The translations under genes were made by a program, and so were the position numbers. The notes beneath the pieces are model-generated. The model saw only the letters and a program-made list of their open reading frames with translations. It was not told where the DNA came from and searched no databases. DNA of 64,000 nt. Origin: Mytilus trossulus. Taxonomy: Eukaryota. Numbering within the stretch: the stretch's first letter is position 1; every line of letters starts with the position of its first letter. Location: the NCBI RefSeq assembly GCF_036588685.1, contig NC_086384.1, forward strand, positions 8,680,001 to 8,744,000, written 5' to 3'. This document shows, one piece after another, positions 29,801-44,800 of this stretch.

Positions 29801-32800
29801 CCTAATGGAGATTTTAGTTCAGATGTTAAAATCCATTTTTGTTGTCGGGATGACGGTACTTGGTCAGATCCTATTACACTTCCGACACATGATTCTTTTG
29901 TTTTGTTTCGTCATAGCAAATTCCCTTGCCAGAAGGTTGTAGGTAAATATGTTACAAAATAAATGATATTTTCTTCTTATTTTCTCAATTTATAATTTAA
30001 AATAAAATAAAGTCAAGGAAAATGTTGACGGTTATCTGTGGCAGATAAATACTAAGTAGCTGAAAGCATTCTTGAAGACTTGCACGGCAATATGATGTTT
30101 TGATATTGATCTGATTAAAGAAAATGAAAAGATCCCTTTGAAAATTTCTTACGTCATGGACGCTGTTCTGGACTTATCTTAATAAGAAAAGCTCAGATCA
30201 ATACATTTAAAAGCTAAGAATGTATTGCATGGCTTTAAATAGTAAGCACTGATGTGGAATATGAAAGAGGGACGAAAGATACCAAAGGGACCGTAAAACT
30301 CACAAATCTAAAACAAACTGACAACGCCATGGCTTAAAATGAAAAAGACAAACAGAAAAACAATAGTACACATGACACAACATAGAAAACTAAAGAATAA
30401 ACAACAAGAACCCCGCTAAAAACAAGAGGTGATCTCAGGTGCTCCGGAAGGGTAAGCAGATCCTGTTCGACATGTGGCACCCGTCGTGTTCCTTGTTTAT
30501 CACCTCACCTAAAATAGTTGTTAGTGTAAACTACATCGAGACAACATTCACAAAAATCACACAAAGCATAAACCGCAATTTAAATCATCATTCTGTCAAA
30601 ATCTTTAACTTTGTAGTTGTTTTGGCTTTCGAACTTTTTTCATCAGAGCGAGCCTGGTTAATCTTGTGTGGACGAAACGCGTGTCTGGCGTATTATATTT
30701 TGAAACTGGTACCTTTTGTTAGCTATTGTTCGTGTGTTTCTCTGTCCTATTTGTTCTCCCATTTATTTGTATTGTTGTCCTGCCATGTAATGTTGTCATT
30801 TTAATGTTATATTTAACATTGTCATAAATGAAGGAGGTTTTTCAACCCTTTTCGTTTTATCAAAATGTCCTGTACCAAGTCAGGAAACTGGCCATAGCTA
30901 TATTAAAGTTCGTTTCTGTATGTTACATTTTAATGTTGTGTTTCTGTTGTGTCGTAGTTCTCTTCTTATATTTGATCTGTTACCCTCAGTTTTAGTTTGT
31001 TCCCCGGATTTGTTTTTTTTTCTCAATCTATTGATGAATTTCAACAGCAATTAACTACTGTTGTCTTTATAAGAGGAGACAAACAATAAATATCAAGATA
31101 ATCGGCTTCTGTCTTTGTTCTAAAAAAAAAAATAAAACCATACAAAAAAACATGTCGCTGGTGAGTTGGACACGGATAGATCATGTTCATCGTAAGAAAA
31201 ATAATAAACACGATAATAAACATACAACCTATGCAATTTTTCATTTAACTGTTGTGCAGCAGTTTTTGTATCAGAGTCATCCATCTGTTATTGAAGTCAA
31301 TAAAGTGTTAGATACACATGCGTAAAAGTAGAAGCAACTGTAATGAAATCCAGAAGTTCAATAATCCGGAACATTTATACTATTACATTGTAACAAATCT
31401 AGTAAACATAACTTTATGCTCATTATAAAGTATGAATGAAATGCTTTTTTTTCTACAGATATGATAGACAAAGAGGAATATTTAACGATTAGAAACGATG
31501 TATCCAATACCCAGGCCTTGTATGGGTTTGTTCCTAAAGTGAGTGGAATTGGGAGAGTTTACCAAGTTCACTTTTGCCACTACCACCATGCTGTTACAAG
31601 TGAGTATACTTCAAATAAATTATTGTAACTTTGTATTTAAACATGGTGTATGTCCATTATCAATTTTTTATCAATCTAGTTGTATTCAACTGCGACACCA
31701 ACTATCTAAATATAAAAACAAAACAAAAGGATGATTATTGAATTTTTCAGACGACGTCAAAATCAAAAGACTAATTTTACATTTGAAATTATGTTATTAA
31801 ACTATCAAATTTAGTAAATCTTCTAATCACAGAACATTGTCTCTAGACAAAAAAAAACTATCTCTAATAAATGAACCAAGAATATCATGTCGTGATCTAT
31901 CCTATCAATGGAACAGAGCTATCAAATTTAGATTTAGAGAAAGAACAAAAGAGTTATCTTTACTACTATATGTAGAATTTCACAAATGGTCACCCGAAGC
32001 GTCACTTATATTTGTGTGTACTGTCATATGTTTAATTTCTTCTTTAAACGATATGCTGTTACGTTCGATAAATAACATATACAAGTTGACTTTTCCAAAA
32101 ATGTAATTATTCGTTCCTCAATAAAGAACTCCACCATAGGTGTCAACTACAAACAAACAGATACATAAATAATATGTATGCTTTAAATGATGTTTGAGTT
32201 GTTTTATTGAAATTTATAGAATAATATATATTTGTGGGATTCACATTGAAAGGTGAGCATATGACAATTTGAGTTGGTTGACCGTTATGGAATAACCCTT
32301 TCACATATGATATCGGATATGTTCCTTACGTCTTAACTACAATCCCCTTCCCTCTCATGAATGTGACCTACCGAATTCGACTATTTAACTTATTTGTAAT
32401 CACATAAGCAACACGACGGGGTCCACATGTGGAGCAGGATCTGCTTACCCTTCCGGAGCACCTGAGATCACCCCTAGTCTTAGGTGGGGTTCGTATTGTT
32501 TAGTCTTTAGTTTTCCATGTTGTGTCATGTGTACTATTGTCTTTTTTCATTTTTAGCCATGGCGTTGTCAGTTTGTTTTAGATTTATGAGTTTTACGGTC
32601 CCTTTGGTAAATTTCGTCCCTTCAAGTCACCTGAGATCGACCCAAGTTTTGCTGGGGTTCGTGTTGCTCAGTCTTTAGTTTTTTCTATGTTGTGTGTTTT
32701 GTATACTATTGTTTGTCTGTTTGTCTGTTTGTCTTTTTCTTTTTGAGCTAGTTTATTTACGACTTCAGAGTTTGAATGTCCCTCTTGTATGTTTCGCATC

Positions 32801-35800
32801 ACTTTTACAATTCTCCCTTTCAATCAAATTCTATTCAAGTTTTATCAAACCATTTCTTATATTCTATCAGGAAATCTCAATTTGATAATATAATTTGCTT
32901 CCTGTTTTGTCACTCCAGATTGTGGTGGTGTTTATCAACTGAATTCGTCAAATCCAGTAGTGCACATAGCGACTCCTAACTTCCCGGGACCATATGTTGC
33001 AAGACAAAGATGTAATTTTATATTCAAGGTAAGCTAGTTTTATGGGTTTTTTTTTCAATGTTATACTTGCGTAGAGTGGTGTTGAAAGTATGTGTTTGAA
33101 CGAAAACTTTTGTTTTAATTTCTACAAATATTCAAAATTGAAAAGAACAAAATATGAACAGAAATGTCTGAATACCAAAACATGGTTTTTATTACAATAT
33201 TCGATTTTAATCAAAATGCTGTCTAACAAAATAACATATTTTCTTTTATTCTTCCTGAACACATACGATTTTACATTTGACAATGTACATGCATGAAACT
33301 TAAGGTAAACAAACGAGTAATATTTAGGAGCTAGTACTATCATATCACACTATTTCTGATTTTAACAGGGTCCTGAAGATTCCAAACTGATTATGAATTT
33401 CCATACATTTAACGTTGAAGTCGGTGATAGTGGAGAATGTGTTTCTACAGTTGGAATCAGAAGTGCTCTACCAGGTCAACCGGATATCAAGTAATGTATT
33501 AATATTTAGAGTTGGCTTGGAATAAGGTTGATTCCTAAGAAGTTCATGTTCAAGTAAGACTGGAAGTTGAAATTATGTAACGTTCATCCGAAAAAGGTCA
33601 ACACAAAATATTTAAAAAAAAACAAAAGAATTATTTCAATAAAATTATATTTAATTTCAAATTTATGTCAAACCAATATTTTTAAGCGCTCTTTGTGAAA
33701 ATGCTTTTGTCAATTCACACATTTGAATCACGAATTACCTGAATTACAAAAACCTTTTACTTTTATTACATATTCATGAATTTGATGAAGCACATAAACG
33801 AAAAAAGTAAATCCGTATCACAGGAATCACTCAAAAAAGTAACAGAAAAACAAACCACAAATACCTAGCAACTACCAAAAAGACACACATATAAAGGCAA
33901 ACGACACGTGGCTCCGATAAACAAAGGTACATGTTAGGATCTGGTCAATTAAGGTTTAACTGCGCATGTAACTTAGCATTTCCCTATCTATGCTGAAGAA
34001 ATTAAACACACAATAAAAAGAACCTGCAGAGTACCGCTAACAAAAGGATAATCACAAATATAACCAAGAAATAAACTAAACAAAAACATCATGTAATATT
34101 TTGTTATTTAATGAATTCTGCATCGAGAATCATCAAAGATTGTGTCAATAAAGTTAATATTATAATTATCTAAGTGAGAGGAAAGGTTTAATTATACTAA
34201 ATATATTTATTACACTTCAGACAAACGAAAAAAATTCCGAACACCAAAAAAGAAATTCAAAACGGAAAGTCCTATTGCAAGAGTCAAAATCAGAGTCTAA
34301 AACACATGAAACAAATGGTATTTAGTGTTCTCTATGGCTTTCTATATCATTGTTTTTAATTCATAAAATAAATCATATCTTTAATCAATGTTACAGTAGT
34401 AACCCTATTTTATAATTATAGATACTGTGGCGATGGCTTCAAGAGATCTGTGGTGACAGATATGAATTTCCTAGGAGTAACATTTACAAGTGGAAACAAC
34501 AATCAGCTACTGTCAGGGTTTAATGCTACAATATCACTGATAAGAGGTTTGTACGAAAATGTTTTGTAAGCATAACTTATTATTCCTGAAAGTTGGTTAC
34601 CATGTTAATATTCATCTGACAACTCGTTGACACAAAAATGACAGACGACAAACAGACTAAAAGACTGAAAGGCATATAAGATTGCACCAGCTATGTAAAT
34701 AACAATTTAAAGTAGAACATATATGGTACTCATTCTGACGCGTACCATCGTCTAGATTATATTTCTAGTAAACTGTTTAACTTTTGGTTTGATCAGCCTT
34801 TCAACGTTTGTTTTTTATTATAAATAGTTTGGCCTCGAACATCATTGAAGAGGAACTAATTGTCGAAATGCTCATCTTGGTCAGTTAATTGGTAGCGTTT
34901 CTTCTCTAATACAGAAACGAACTTGTGTGGAAGTTTTAATTTGAGAAATTTATGGGTGAATGTTTTTTAACCTCAGTTGTTGAATTTATCACAAACGTTT
35001 ACTTTCAACCAAATTTGATTCATATTCACAAGTATTGCAAATGTGTGTAGTTTAGTTGTATTTTCAAGGTTCAGATTGAAAATGAATGAATAGATGAAAA
35101 GCAGCGCTATGAATAAAGGCAACAGTAGTATACCGTTGTTCAAAATTCATAAATTGATAGAAAAAAAACAAATCCGGGCAACGAACTAAAACTGAGGGAA
35201 ACGTATCAAATATAAACGAACCACGACACAACAGAGACACAACACTGAAATGTAACACACACAGAAACGAACTACAATGTAACAATGGCCATTTACTTAT
35301 ATATCCCGTCAATGTTTTTTATTGTCTTTCATTTTTTGGTGGTGTGTTTTATATAAGCGACTTTTTGTTTTTCTTTGGTTCTTATACCGTGACCAAGTAC
35401 TTCAAAAGATCCCGTCAGTATGATAGTGTTCTATTTTATGTCATTATGGTATATTTCTATTATGAATTACAAAATACGTTGAACCTCAAACGTCAAAATC
35501 ATTCAATCGCGTAGTGGAATTAACTATTTGGACTATTTAAAATCTAGGTCTTTTTATGAAATTTATTCTTTTATACTTTTGATATTTTAACCCTCTATGC
35601 TAACATTGCCTATGTGAAATTTAAAAATTGTTTGTATGTACATTGAACGACAAATGTGACGTATAAAATTTTCTGACGTCTGACACGCAAATCAATGAAT
35701 GTGTTTGTAGATAGATGTTTTTGTGTTCTGTTAAATTGTTCCTTTTAAAATTGTTACACGATGATGACTGCTGTACAAATATTTTGACTATTTTATTTAT

Positions 35801-38800
35801 TGTGTCTGTTTAGTAAACGCATCATTGTAGATGTAACGGAATTTGAAAACCAGGTTTAATCCAATATTTTCTACATTTGAAAATGCCTGTACCAAGTCAG
35901 GAATATGACATTTCTTGTTCATTCGTTTTTTATGCGTTTTGTTATTTGATTTTGCCATGTGTTAATGGACTTTCCGAATTGATTTTCTTCTAAGTTCAGT
36001 ATTTTTTAGATTTTACTTTTTACCTGACTTGGTACAGGGCATTTTATGAAAATATTTTGGGATCAGCCTGGTTTTGTACCATGCTAAACCTCCCGCTTTA
36101 ATGACAGTGTTAATTATAACATTAAAATGACAACATTACTGAAACAGTTAATCAACTTCAAATCATGCCGACTATACCATTTATTGTTGCTAGAGATGTT
36201 ATGCATTTTTATCTTCCAAAGAAAAATCTTTGAAATGTTTTAAAATTCAAATTATCTTAACAGACCGAGATATGTGTTATAACGGAAATGGAACTACTTA
36301 CAATGGAAACGTCAACGTTACAAAAAAGTTCCAGACATGTCTACATTGGAGTAAAATTACACATTGTGTGAATAATCTATATGAAAGAAGGTATTATGAA
36401 ACATCCATTAAAATATGTATTTTATGTTCGTTAATATGTAAGATGAAAATTAAAGGGGTACTTTAAAAGAATTGAGATACAATTACACAACAGATAAGAT
36501 AGTGTGATATCCAAACACATGTGCAAGTCAATTTCGAAAATGATACTAAGATAAGGAGATACAAAAGGGGTAAAATTAAGAATCATATTTGAAAATCCAG
36601 CAACATAATTGCCAACAGATGAAAGTATAAAAGATAAACATAAGTTAAAATTCAGGTACATACTTGAATAATACTAGCACTTACTCACATAAAAAGAATG
36701 GTGAACTAAACTGCTCCACACGGTTACGCCTTTCATTTTCAAAAAGTCGAATGGTCATATTACTCAAAACAGACTCTAAATAAGGAGTGTGTACTTAAAC
36801 TATTACACGATGTTCGTTCGACAGTCCTTCCATTACATGTATATTATACACTGGAAGGTTTATATTTCTAGCGCATTGTATGAAAGTAAATTAAAAAAAT
36901 AAATGTCGTGTGGCCTGTGTTTAACGAATCTGTATTATTCTTAGCATCATTTATATTATGTTTTGTCATCATTGTAGTGAATCTGCATCATTTTTAAAAG
37001 AAAACTTCTGTAGGCGTGCAGGCGATGGTTTAGCACCATGGTGTTATACTGATGTAGACCAGTGTTCACGTGACTATTGTGATGTTTGTAATCTTGGTAG
37101 GTATATGTTTAATTAATACCAAACCCATTGACCTGTGCATGTTTATTCCAAATTGTATTTTACCCACATATTTGTTTACAAGTTACCCAACAGAGTACAG
37201 AAAAATGTATATTCTACTATACCGTCACTGCTTTGACATAATGTAAAAACACCTTTCTAGGTAAGAACAATGTAAAGATACACAGACTAAGTAATATATC
37301 CCTCGTGCAAAGCTGGTAATAGATAGTATTGCGTGTATTGTTAATTCGAATTTTCATTGTGCCCTGATCACTCATATAAAATAATTTGAATAAAGTATTT
37401 TCAGAATATGCCTTTTTACGATAAAAACAATGAAATTTTTTAGGACACATTGATACATACCATTAGACCATAACCAGTTTAAAAAATGAAAACTCCGTTT
37501 CGCAGGTTTCATAAATTAAATAATAACTCGTTAATTAACTTAAAAGTTTAAATTTCAAACTAGATAGAATATGGCAGTCTTTCATTGAAATGTTATTGTT
37601 AAAATTAAAATTAAAAATAACATATATCAAAAATTAAAATATTAAAAATTAAAAAATTTAATTTAAAATGAATATGTTTCATCATATTATATTTGTTTTC
37701 TAAGTTTATATTTTTTGGTGTAGTGTCACAAATTATTTATTTTTTCTGTTGCAGAGGAATGTTATGACATCTTCGATGACTGTAATGATCTAATGACAGA
37801 AGATAAGGAGTTTTGTTCTGTGGATATAGAGGCATCACGTGGTTGTAGAAAAAGTTGTAAATTATGTAATCTTGAGAAGCCTTTACCAGGTACTGTTTGT
37901 GAGAATAATTGTATTAAAGAGGTTCGCTACTCAGTTTAAAAAAAACAAGCTTTTCAAAACACTAGTTTATATTGATAGGGGGTTATTAATGGAACCGAAG
38001 GAGTAAAAAAAAATATAGGTCAATGTGCTTGTTTTCGAGATAATAGCCATTCAAAATTTGGCTGGAAAATGTTCTCTCTTGGTTTTTCATAGCTTTATCA
38101 TTGACAAGTTTAAGTGCTTAAATACTATTAAAAATATAACAAGGATTTTATAAGACTTTTACAGATGGCTTGTAATTATACATATAAATAATCTATAAAA
38201 AGAAAAATGGGGGTCAATCGGCAATTTTTATTAGGGCATTCAAATGGATAAAACCAGAGGTTTCTGACTAACAAAAACTCCAAAACATGACAAGAGGACA
38301 TTTAATGATAAAATATGTTTAAAAAAATTTGATTTCCCATACAGAAAATAAAAAACATAACAAATATATAATTGTTGTAGATATAAATACAATTGTAGTG
38401 ATGAAAATTATATTGTAGTGAAACGGGTATCTTGTTCAAGCCCACTAATACCCTTTGACGGGATTCCAAAAATACCCGTGAAAACAAGCTATGCAGTTGG
38501 AGAAACTGTTTTATTCATGTGTATAAACGGTGTGGAAACAGATAGCCATGTATGTTTGGCTGATGGTACATGGTCAGGAGGGAACTTTGTCTGTGGAAGT
38601 ACGTATTAATCTATTGTTAAGAGGATGCAAATTATAATTTTAACATTATAGTGAACAATGTAATTGCTTATACGCTTTGGTTGTAGCAGCATATATTTCC
38701 CGTCGTTGTTATCACATAGTGATATAGATGTTGAATTTTCGTTTCTCTTCTATTCTCATACTATTTTTTTTTATTTTTTCAATGACTTCTGCTTAATTTG

Positions 38801-41800
38801 TTGAGTTTACTAGAACATCAACTTTCATAAAATTTTATGCAAAAAGATAGCATAAACTAAAAAAAAAAAACATTGAAGAAAAGCTTTCTTATAGTTACCA
38901 GTAGCACAAAATGATAGAAAGATAAGACAAATACATGTATCAATAACTTTGTGCGATACATTATGTACATAGTGAATTTCCTCCCGCTTTATACAACGAA
39001 CGAGTCAGATGCAATTTTGGCCTTCTTTAAAACAATTATCCTAGTGGTAAGACCAATCTTCATAAAGACTTTTGTCATAATTAAATTATTTGAAGGATGT
39101 TTTTAAGATCTTAAACTATATACTCATTTGGCATAATAACTGTGCAGTTGCTAAGATCCATACATATTTTGTTCATTTTCATTCATAAACCATGTTTAAT
39201 CCTTAACACACACAGTAGCATAAGCTACACAATATTAAAGCGACTCTGGCATTTTTCCATTTTACAATATTTGCATTGTCTTTCCCACATTTACATCACA
39301 GGGGTTAAGGCTTTCAAAATCTTTTCTTTTTGTTTCAACTTGTAGGAGCTGTAGGTAAGTGTATCTTTTGCAAAATGAAAATATTTAAAAACAATTTGAA
39401 CTTGAAACTCGTGAGTGTACGAGATAATGAGTTTGCAGTCATTGCCTGAAATGGTTCGTTTTGTCTGGCTTTTTGTTTTTCTATGAAATGCCACAAAGAG
39501 TCACACATTTACACATTTTACAATTATTTCTGCAAATATGCGAATGTTATCAATTAATAATATAAGCGAATCAGATAAAAAGTTTATTAACAAAAACAAA
39601 ATGTAAATCGAGATTTTGATATCTTTAATTTAGCATTCAAAGATGTTCTCAAAGGTGTAGATATAAACGTTTGATAACACGATTTCAATTCTGCCTAGTA
39701 TACTATCTAAAAGGAAATATGACAGTTTGTGACATTGCGAGTATGAATATTAATAATAAAACAGTACGAAACAAACTAAGACAATCATACAATATCTTCT
39801 TATCTTTATGATATACAATCTTTGGCAACACCACTAAAGTAATGAAAATACAATAGTTTTTCCATTGATAAATTGATAAACCCGAAAAACAGTGAACCCA
39901 CAATTTTATTTTTGTATTTTGTAGAATGCCCGCCAGGCTGGATAACTTTTTCTGAAAGATGTTACAAATGGTTCGATGTTTATATGACAGTGTATGAAGG
40001 GAGAGAATTATGTGCCAACATGAGCGCCTCTATGTCGTCTGCTAAGGATCCAAAGGAAAACGATTTTTTGTTGACGTTAAGGTAAATTTCATCAAGCAAC
40101 TGAATGATTAAAATGAGTTGCTAAGAATTTGTTTTTTAAGCTAACCTGCTCAGCAAAGCCCATATCAGTTACAAATAGTTTTGATTAAAACTACTGTTTT
40201 ATTGTGAAAATTAGGCCCCAAAACTCTCAACCAATAAGATATGACAGGGCAACATTTTATACAATTTAAATGTCAATATATTAGTAAAATGTTCTTAGTT
40301 GCACACATGTTAGATACTAGTATTTTATTTTTAATCTCGTTAAAACTTAAGTGATAGTATGCAGTGTTAATTTTTTAAAAGTCTTTTGTTAATGTTGGTT
40401 CAATTGGTCATTTACAATACAGGGAAGAATCTTAGTGCCGTTGTTGTAAAATTAAAGAGCATTGTTAACAACTATAAAGTAAAAAAAGTATCAGAAGTTG
40501 GGAAAACAGTTAATGGTGGTTTAAATCTGAACTCAGTGCATGAACATTATTTGATGTAGTACAACGCAACTTTCTCCAGAAATTGTCTCTCGCAAACTAT
40601 GATATATACCATATGGTATTAAACTATTCATAAATGTGAATCATTCATCATACTTTTTTTTTTATAAATTGTTATTTGGATGGAGAGTTGTCACATTGGC
40701 ACTCACACCACATCTTCCTATATCTATCATAGTTTTACCAAAGACGATGGACTTGGTGCACCTGTAGCTGAATTAATCTTTACTAGGAACACGTACAAAA
40801 TAAAAGACAAACTTAAAAAGTTACTAAATACATTTTGGAGCTAATTTATCACATTATCACATGTAATTGGATACGAAACATCTAATGTTTATTTTCCATG
40901 AGAAAGCTTGAACATTTACGTTAGGCGTATTTTGAACAACTTCCATTATGTTCGCTAATTCATGCTCTTAAAGTTCGATTTCTTTAATTTGACTTTGTAA
41001 TTGTTGATATGAGCTGATGGGTTTTACAAAGACGAAATGCATATATGCTTAATTGTAAGTCGGGTATATTTTATGAGATATTTTTTAAGAAAACATCATT
41101 GTCTGATGTTTTACGTAAATTCCCGTAGCTGTATATACTGCAATCGACCCTTGTTCAATTTAAGCTACTTTTGGATTCTTACATGTCGTTACAACGGCCC
41201 ATTGAGACGAAGACACGTCCATTTTATAAGTTACAATTGTATAAGATGCTTTAATAAATAATGTTGATATTGAAAGAAAATTTTGGCAAATCATTTTATG
41301 TTCGTTTAGAAAACAATGAAAATGAGAAGAACCATCAACACAAAAAAAAATTAGAATATCATTATTCTAAACTAACTACTTATCTGAGATGTAAATGTAG
41401 GACAATCCATATGCATTTCTTTGACTATTTGCAAGACAACTAGTAAGAAGACAGATTAAATTATTTATTTAGGTTTTTTGGGTACTATTTTGAATATAAA
41501 TATTTCCCATTTATTTTCTTTAACAGCGACAACAGTCGTTCCTTCTGGCTTGGTATAGAAAAAGATGAAAATGATGAGTATATATGGAAAGAAGATGGTT
41601 CAATTGTTACGTGGACAAATTGGGGACGAGGTAAAATTCATTATTACATGTCAGTTGTGTTTATGCTTTAATATGATGTGGAATTCTTTCGTAATTATTT
41701 CTTTGCAACATATTACATGTCGAACTAGATTTAATGCATATTATATTCCGTTCATTTGTATATTCTCGTATTAAAATATAAACTGCTTAGCAGTAAAACG

Positions 41801-44800
41801 AACAGTTATTGAAATATTTTCCAGATTGAACGAAAAAACCTTCGATTAATTTGTTTTCGTCTGCTAGATAAATAGATAAACATAGTGTAGAATCAAAATC
41901 TTACGAAAGCCTATTAGGGTCGCACACAAAAAAATAAATTATCTCGTAAATACAAGATATGTATATCGTAATTACAAGAAAACTATCTTCTTGTAATTTG
42001 ATTATCTTGTAATTACGAGATCAAAAAAATCTGATCTCGTAATTACGCGATAGTTTGGTCTTAATTACGCGATGATTATTTCTTAATTACGAGATTAAAA
42101 TCTTAACTCGTAATTACGAGATAGTTTTCCCGTAATTACGCGACAATCATCTCGTAATTACGCGATAGTTGTCTCGTTATTTATTACGAGATATATTTAT
42201 CTCGTAATTACGAGATCAATAAAAAAAATTGTGACAATAATAGGCTTTTGTAAAATCTAAGTATAATTAGGCCGCAAAATAAGCAAATGATACATACAGT
42301 TTTAGGCAAGAGTATGTTTTTAACAAAAATGATTTTTGTTGGTAAATTATCAAAGTTTTAACCTTTTGTTTTGTAGGAAATGATACATCAAATGCATGTG
42401 CAAATGTAAACGATGAGGGAAAGTGGAATCGTTGGGGTTGTGATTGGGATTATTTATCTATTATCTGTAAATTAACTCCATCTAGTAAGTAATGTACTTG
42501 TTCGTTTCAATTTTGAGAGAGACTGTAAGCTAAGTCCAATAAAAAAAGGGACGAAAGATACCAGATGGACATTCATCTCATCGATCGATAATAAAACTGT
42601 CAAAGCTATTTCTAAAAAGGAAAGAGATAAGCAATCAATCACAAATATACAAGACACAACATATTGAACTAAAAACTAAGCAACACGAATTCAACCAAAA
42701 CTGGAAATGATAAAAGGTACTTCTGAGAGTACGCAGATTATCTTCAACATGTGGCATCCGTTCGCGTTGTTCACGGTAAAAGGGTTCCTTTGTTAGGGCA
42801 CATTGACTTCAAAAACTAAACATAGTACACAAATCCATCCATAACGTCATGTAGATGCTTACAAGTTATTGTTTATTTGAACAATCCTTTTTTTAGATTT
42901 AAAATGTTTGTCTTGCATATTTCATTAAGGGCTTCAAAATGTACGTGTTTAATATCATAAAAACTGCAAAACTCATCTCTTCGATGTTGAGATATTAACC
43001 AACAGCACTACTCCAAAGTATTTATTGTGCTATCTAACTTGTACAAAATTTTAATATATATAACTCATTCAGCAATAGATTGGATTGTCTCACTTTGTCA
43101 ACAATTTGAGATCTAATCTAAATTATTAGTAATTAAGGTTTTCATCAGTCATTACAAAGTATGACAATGTTTAGTATATTGGAAATTCAATAGTCTTTTA
43201 ATCATATTCAATTTCTCAAAAAGTGAATGACAAGAAGCCGAATTATGTGATATTTTGCAACTTTTAAATATGTTGATTGTCTGTAATACATGATGCATTC
43301 ATTCCAGAGAAAAGCGCGTTTGGCTAGTTTGCTTATTGATTTTATTTTGAAGGTTCCTATCACTAACGCAATTTGATGAGAATGTAAACACAGTAAGAGG
43401 TTTAGCGCTATAAAACCAGGTTTGATCCACCATTTTCTACATTTGAAAATGCCTGAACCAAGTCAGGAATTAATATGACAGTTCTTGTCCATTTGTTTTT
43501 TATGTGTTTTTTTATTTGATTTTGCCATGTGATTATGGACTTTCCGATTAGATTTTCCTCTGAGTTCAGTATTTTTGTTATTTTACTTTTTACTAAAAAA
43601 TGATAGCCTCAAATAGTTAACCTAACCTAATTTAAGTTGTATTTGTATCATGTAGTACATAAAATCTCAGGATATAGCGAGATGCAACTTGTAACATTAA
43701 CACACCAATATTTTTTTAGCTGAGAAAGTGATTTCGGATTTTTTTTTAATCATATAAACATCCATAAGTCCATTGAAGGATAAAGCAAGCACTATTCCAA
43801 ATATGTCTTTTATGTGAAATAAATGGATCTCAAACAAAACCTCTAGTTTTACCTTAACAAAAAAAGAGGGGGAAAATCAATCATCAAAACCAAAATTAAT
43901 ATATATTTGATACAAACAAAATGTAATATGTACAAATCATGAAAAACAAATTCTCAGGCTGCAAGAACTGATATAAAAGAGCCAATACACATATATGATA
44001 AATAGAAGTAAATCTTACAACATGGTCTTTAACGAAGCACTTGGGACATGCAATCACGAATATTCCCACCAATTGTGTTTATACATCCTTACATATAACC
44101 GTACATATATGTTCTTTGATGTGAAATGCACAATGTAAATTACCTTTTCTCGTGGATTCAATCTAGTGCCAATGTTGTAAATTTTCTAGGAACAAACCCG
44201 AGAGTTTAAAACATTGCACTGTTATTAAAATAGTATTTACAATATGTAAAATGAAGATAATTTGCGCATGTACATAAAATGAAACCAATCATGTTTCATG
44301 TATTGTCACTGATTGGGACGACAAAGAAAAGCATAATCAGAACGCTTTTTGTTTGCCTAACATTGGCCACGTTTTTCATGAATTGCAAAAGACTTAACAG
44401 ACGATCTGACATGTACCAATGGTGCTGCAATAACTTTAGTTCGAATCCCCTTCACGAAACGGTAAACACACAATTATAATAATGAAATATAGTTTAAAAC
44501 AAAATCAATTGATAAAATGTATCATTTCTTTCTGCTGATGTTGTCGTTTTGTTTTTATTTCTTATCATATTACATATCTTCCTATTTCGTCATTGCGTAG
44601 GTTAATTAATGACTTTCAAACTTTTTTTAAATCTTGACTTTTTACATAAAATTTCAGTTTCAAATATATATAAATAGACAGATTGATAGAATTTTAATAA
44701 ATGTCAGATGTTAACAGTCCTTTTATTAGCTTGCCTAGACTAGCAAGTCGTCACCCTTTTATTGCAAAAAAAACAACAAAACTCGTATTAAGTACAGCAC

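Noticed and set aside
29736-29942. ORF-track proteins at 29736, 31543, 32776 and 41565 as standalone genes
   Set aside because: They are wrong-frame overlaps of true exons.
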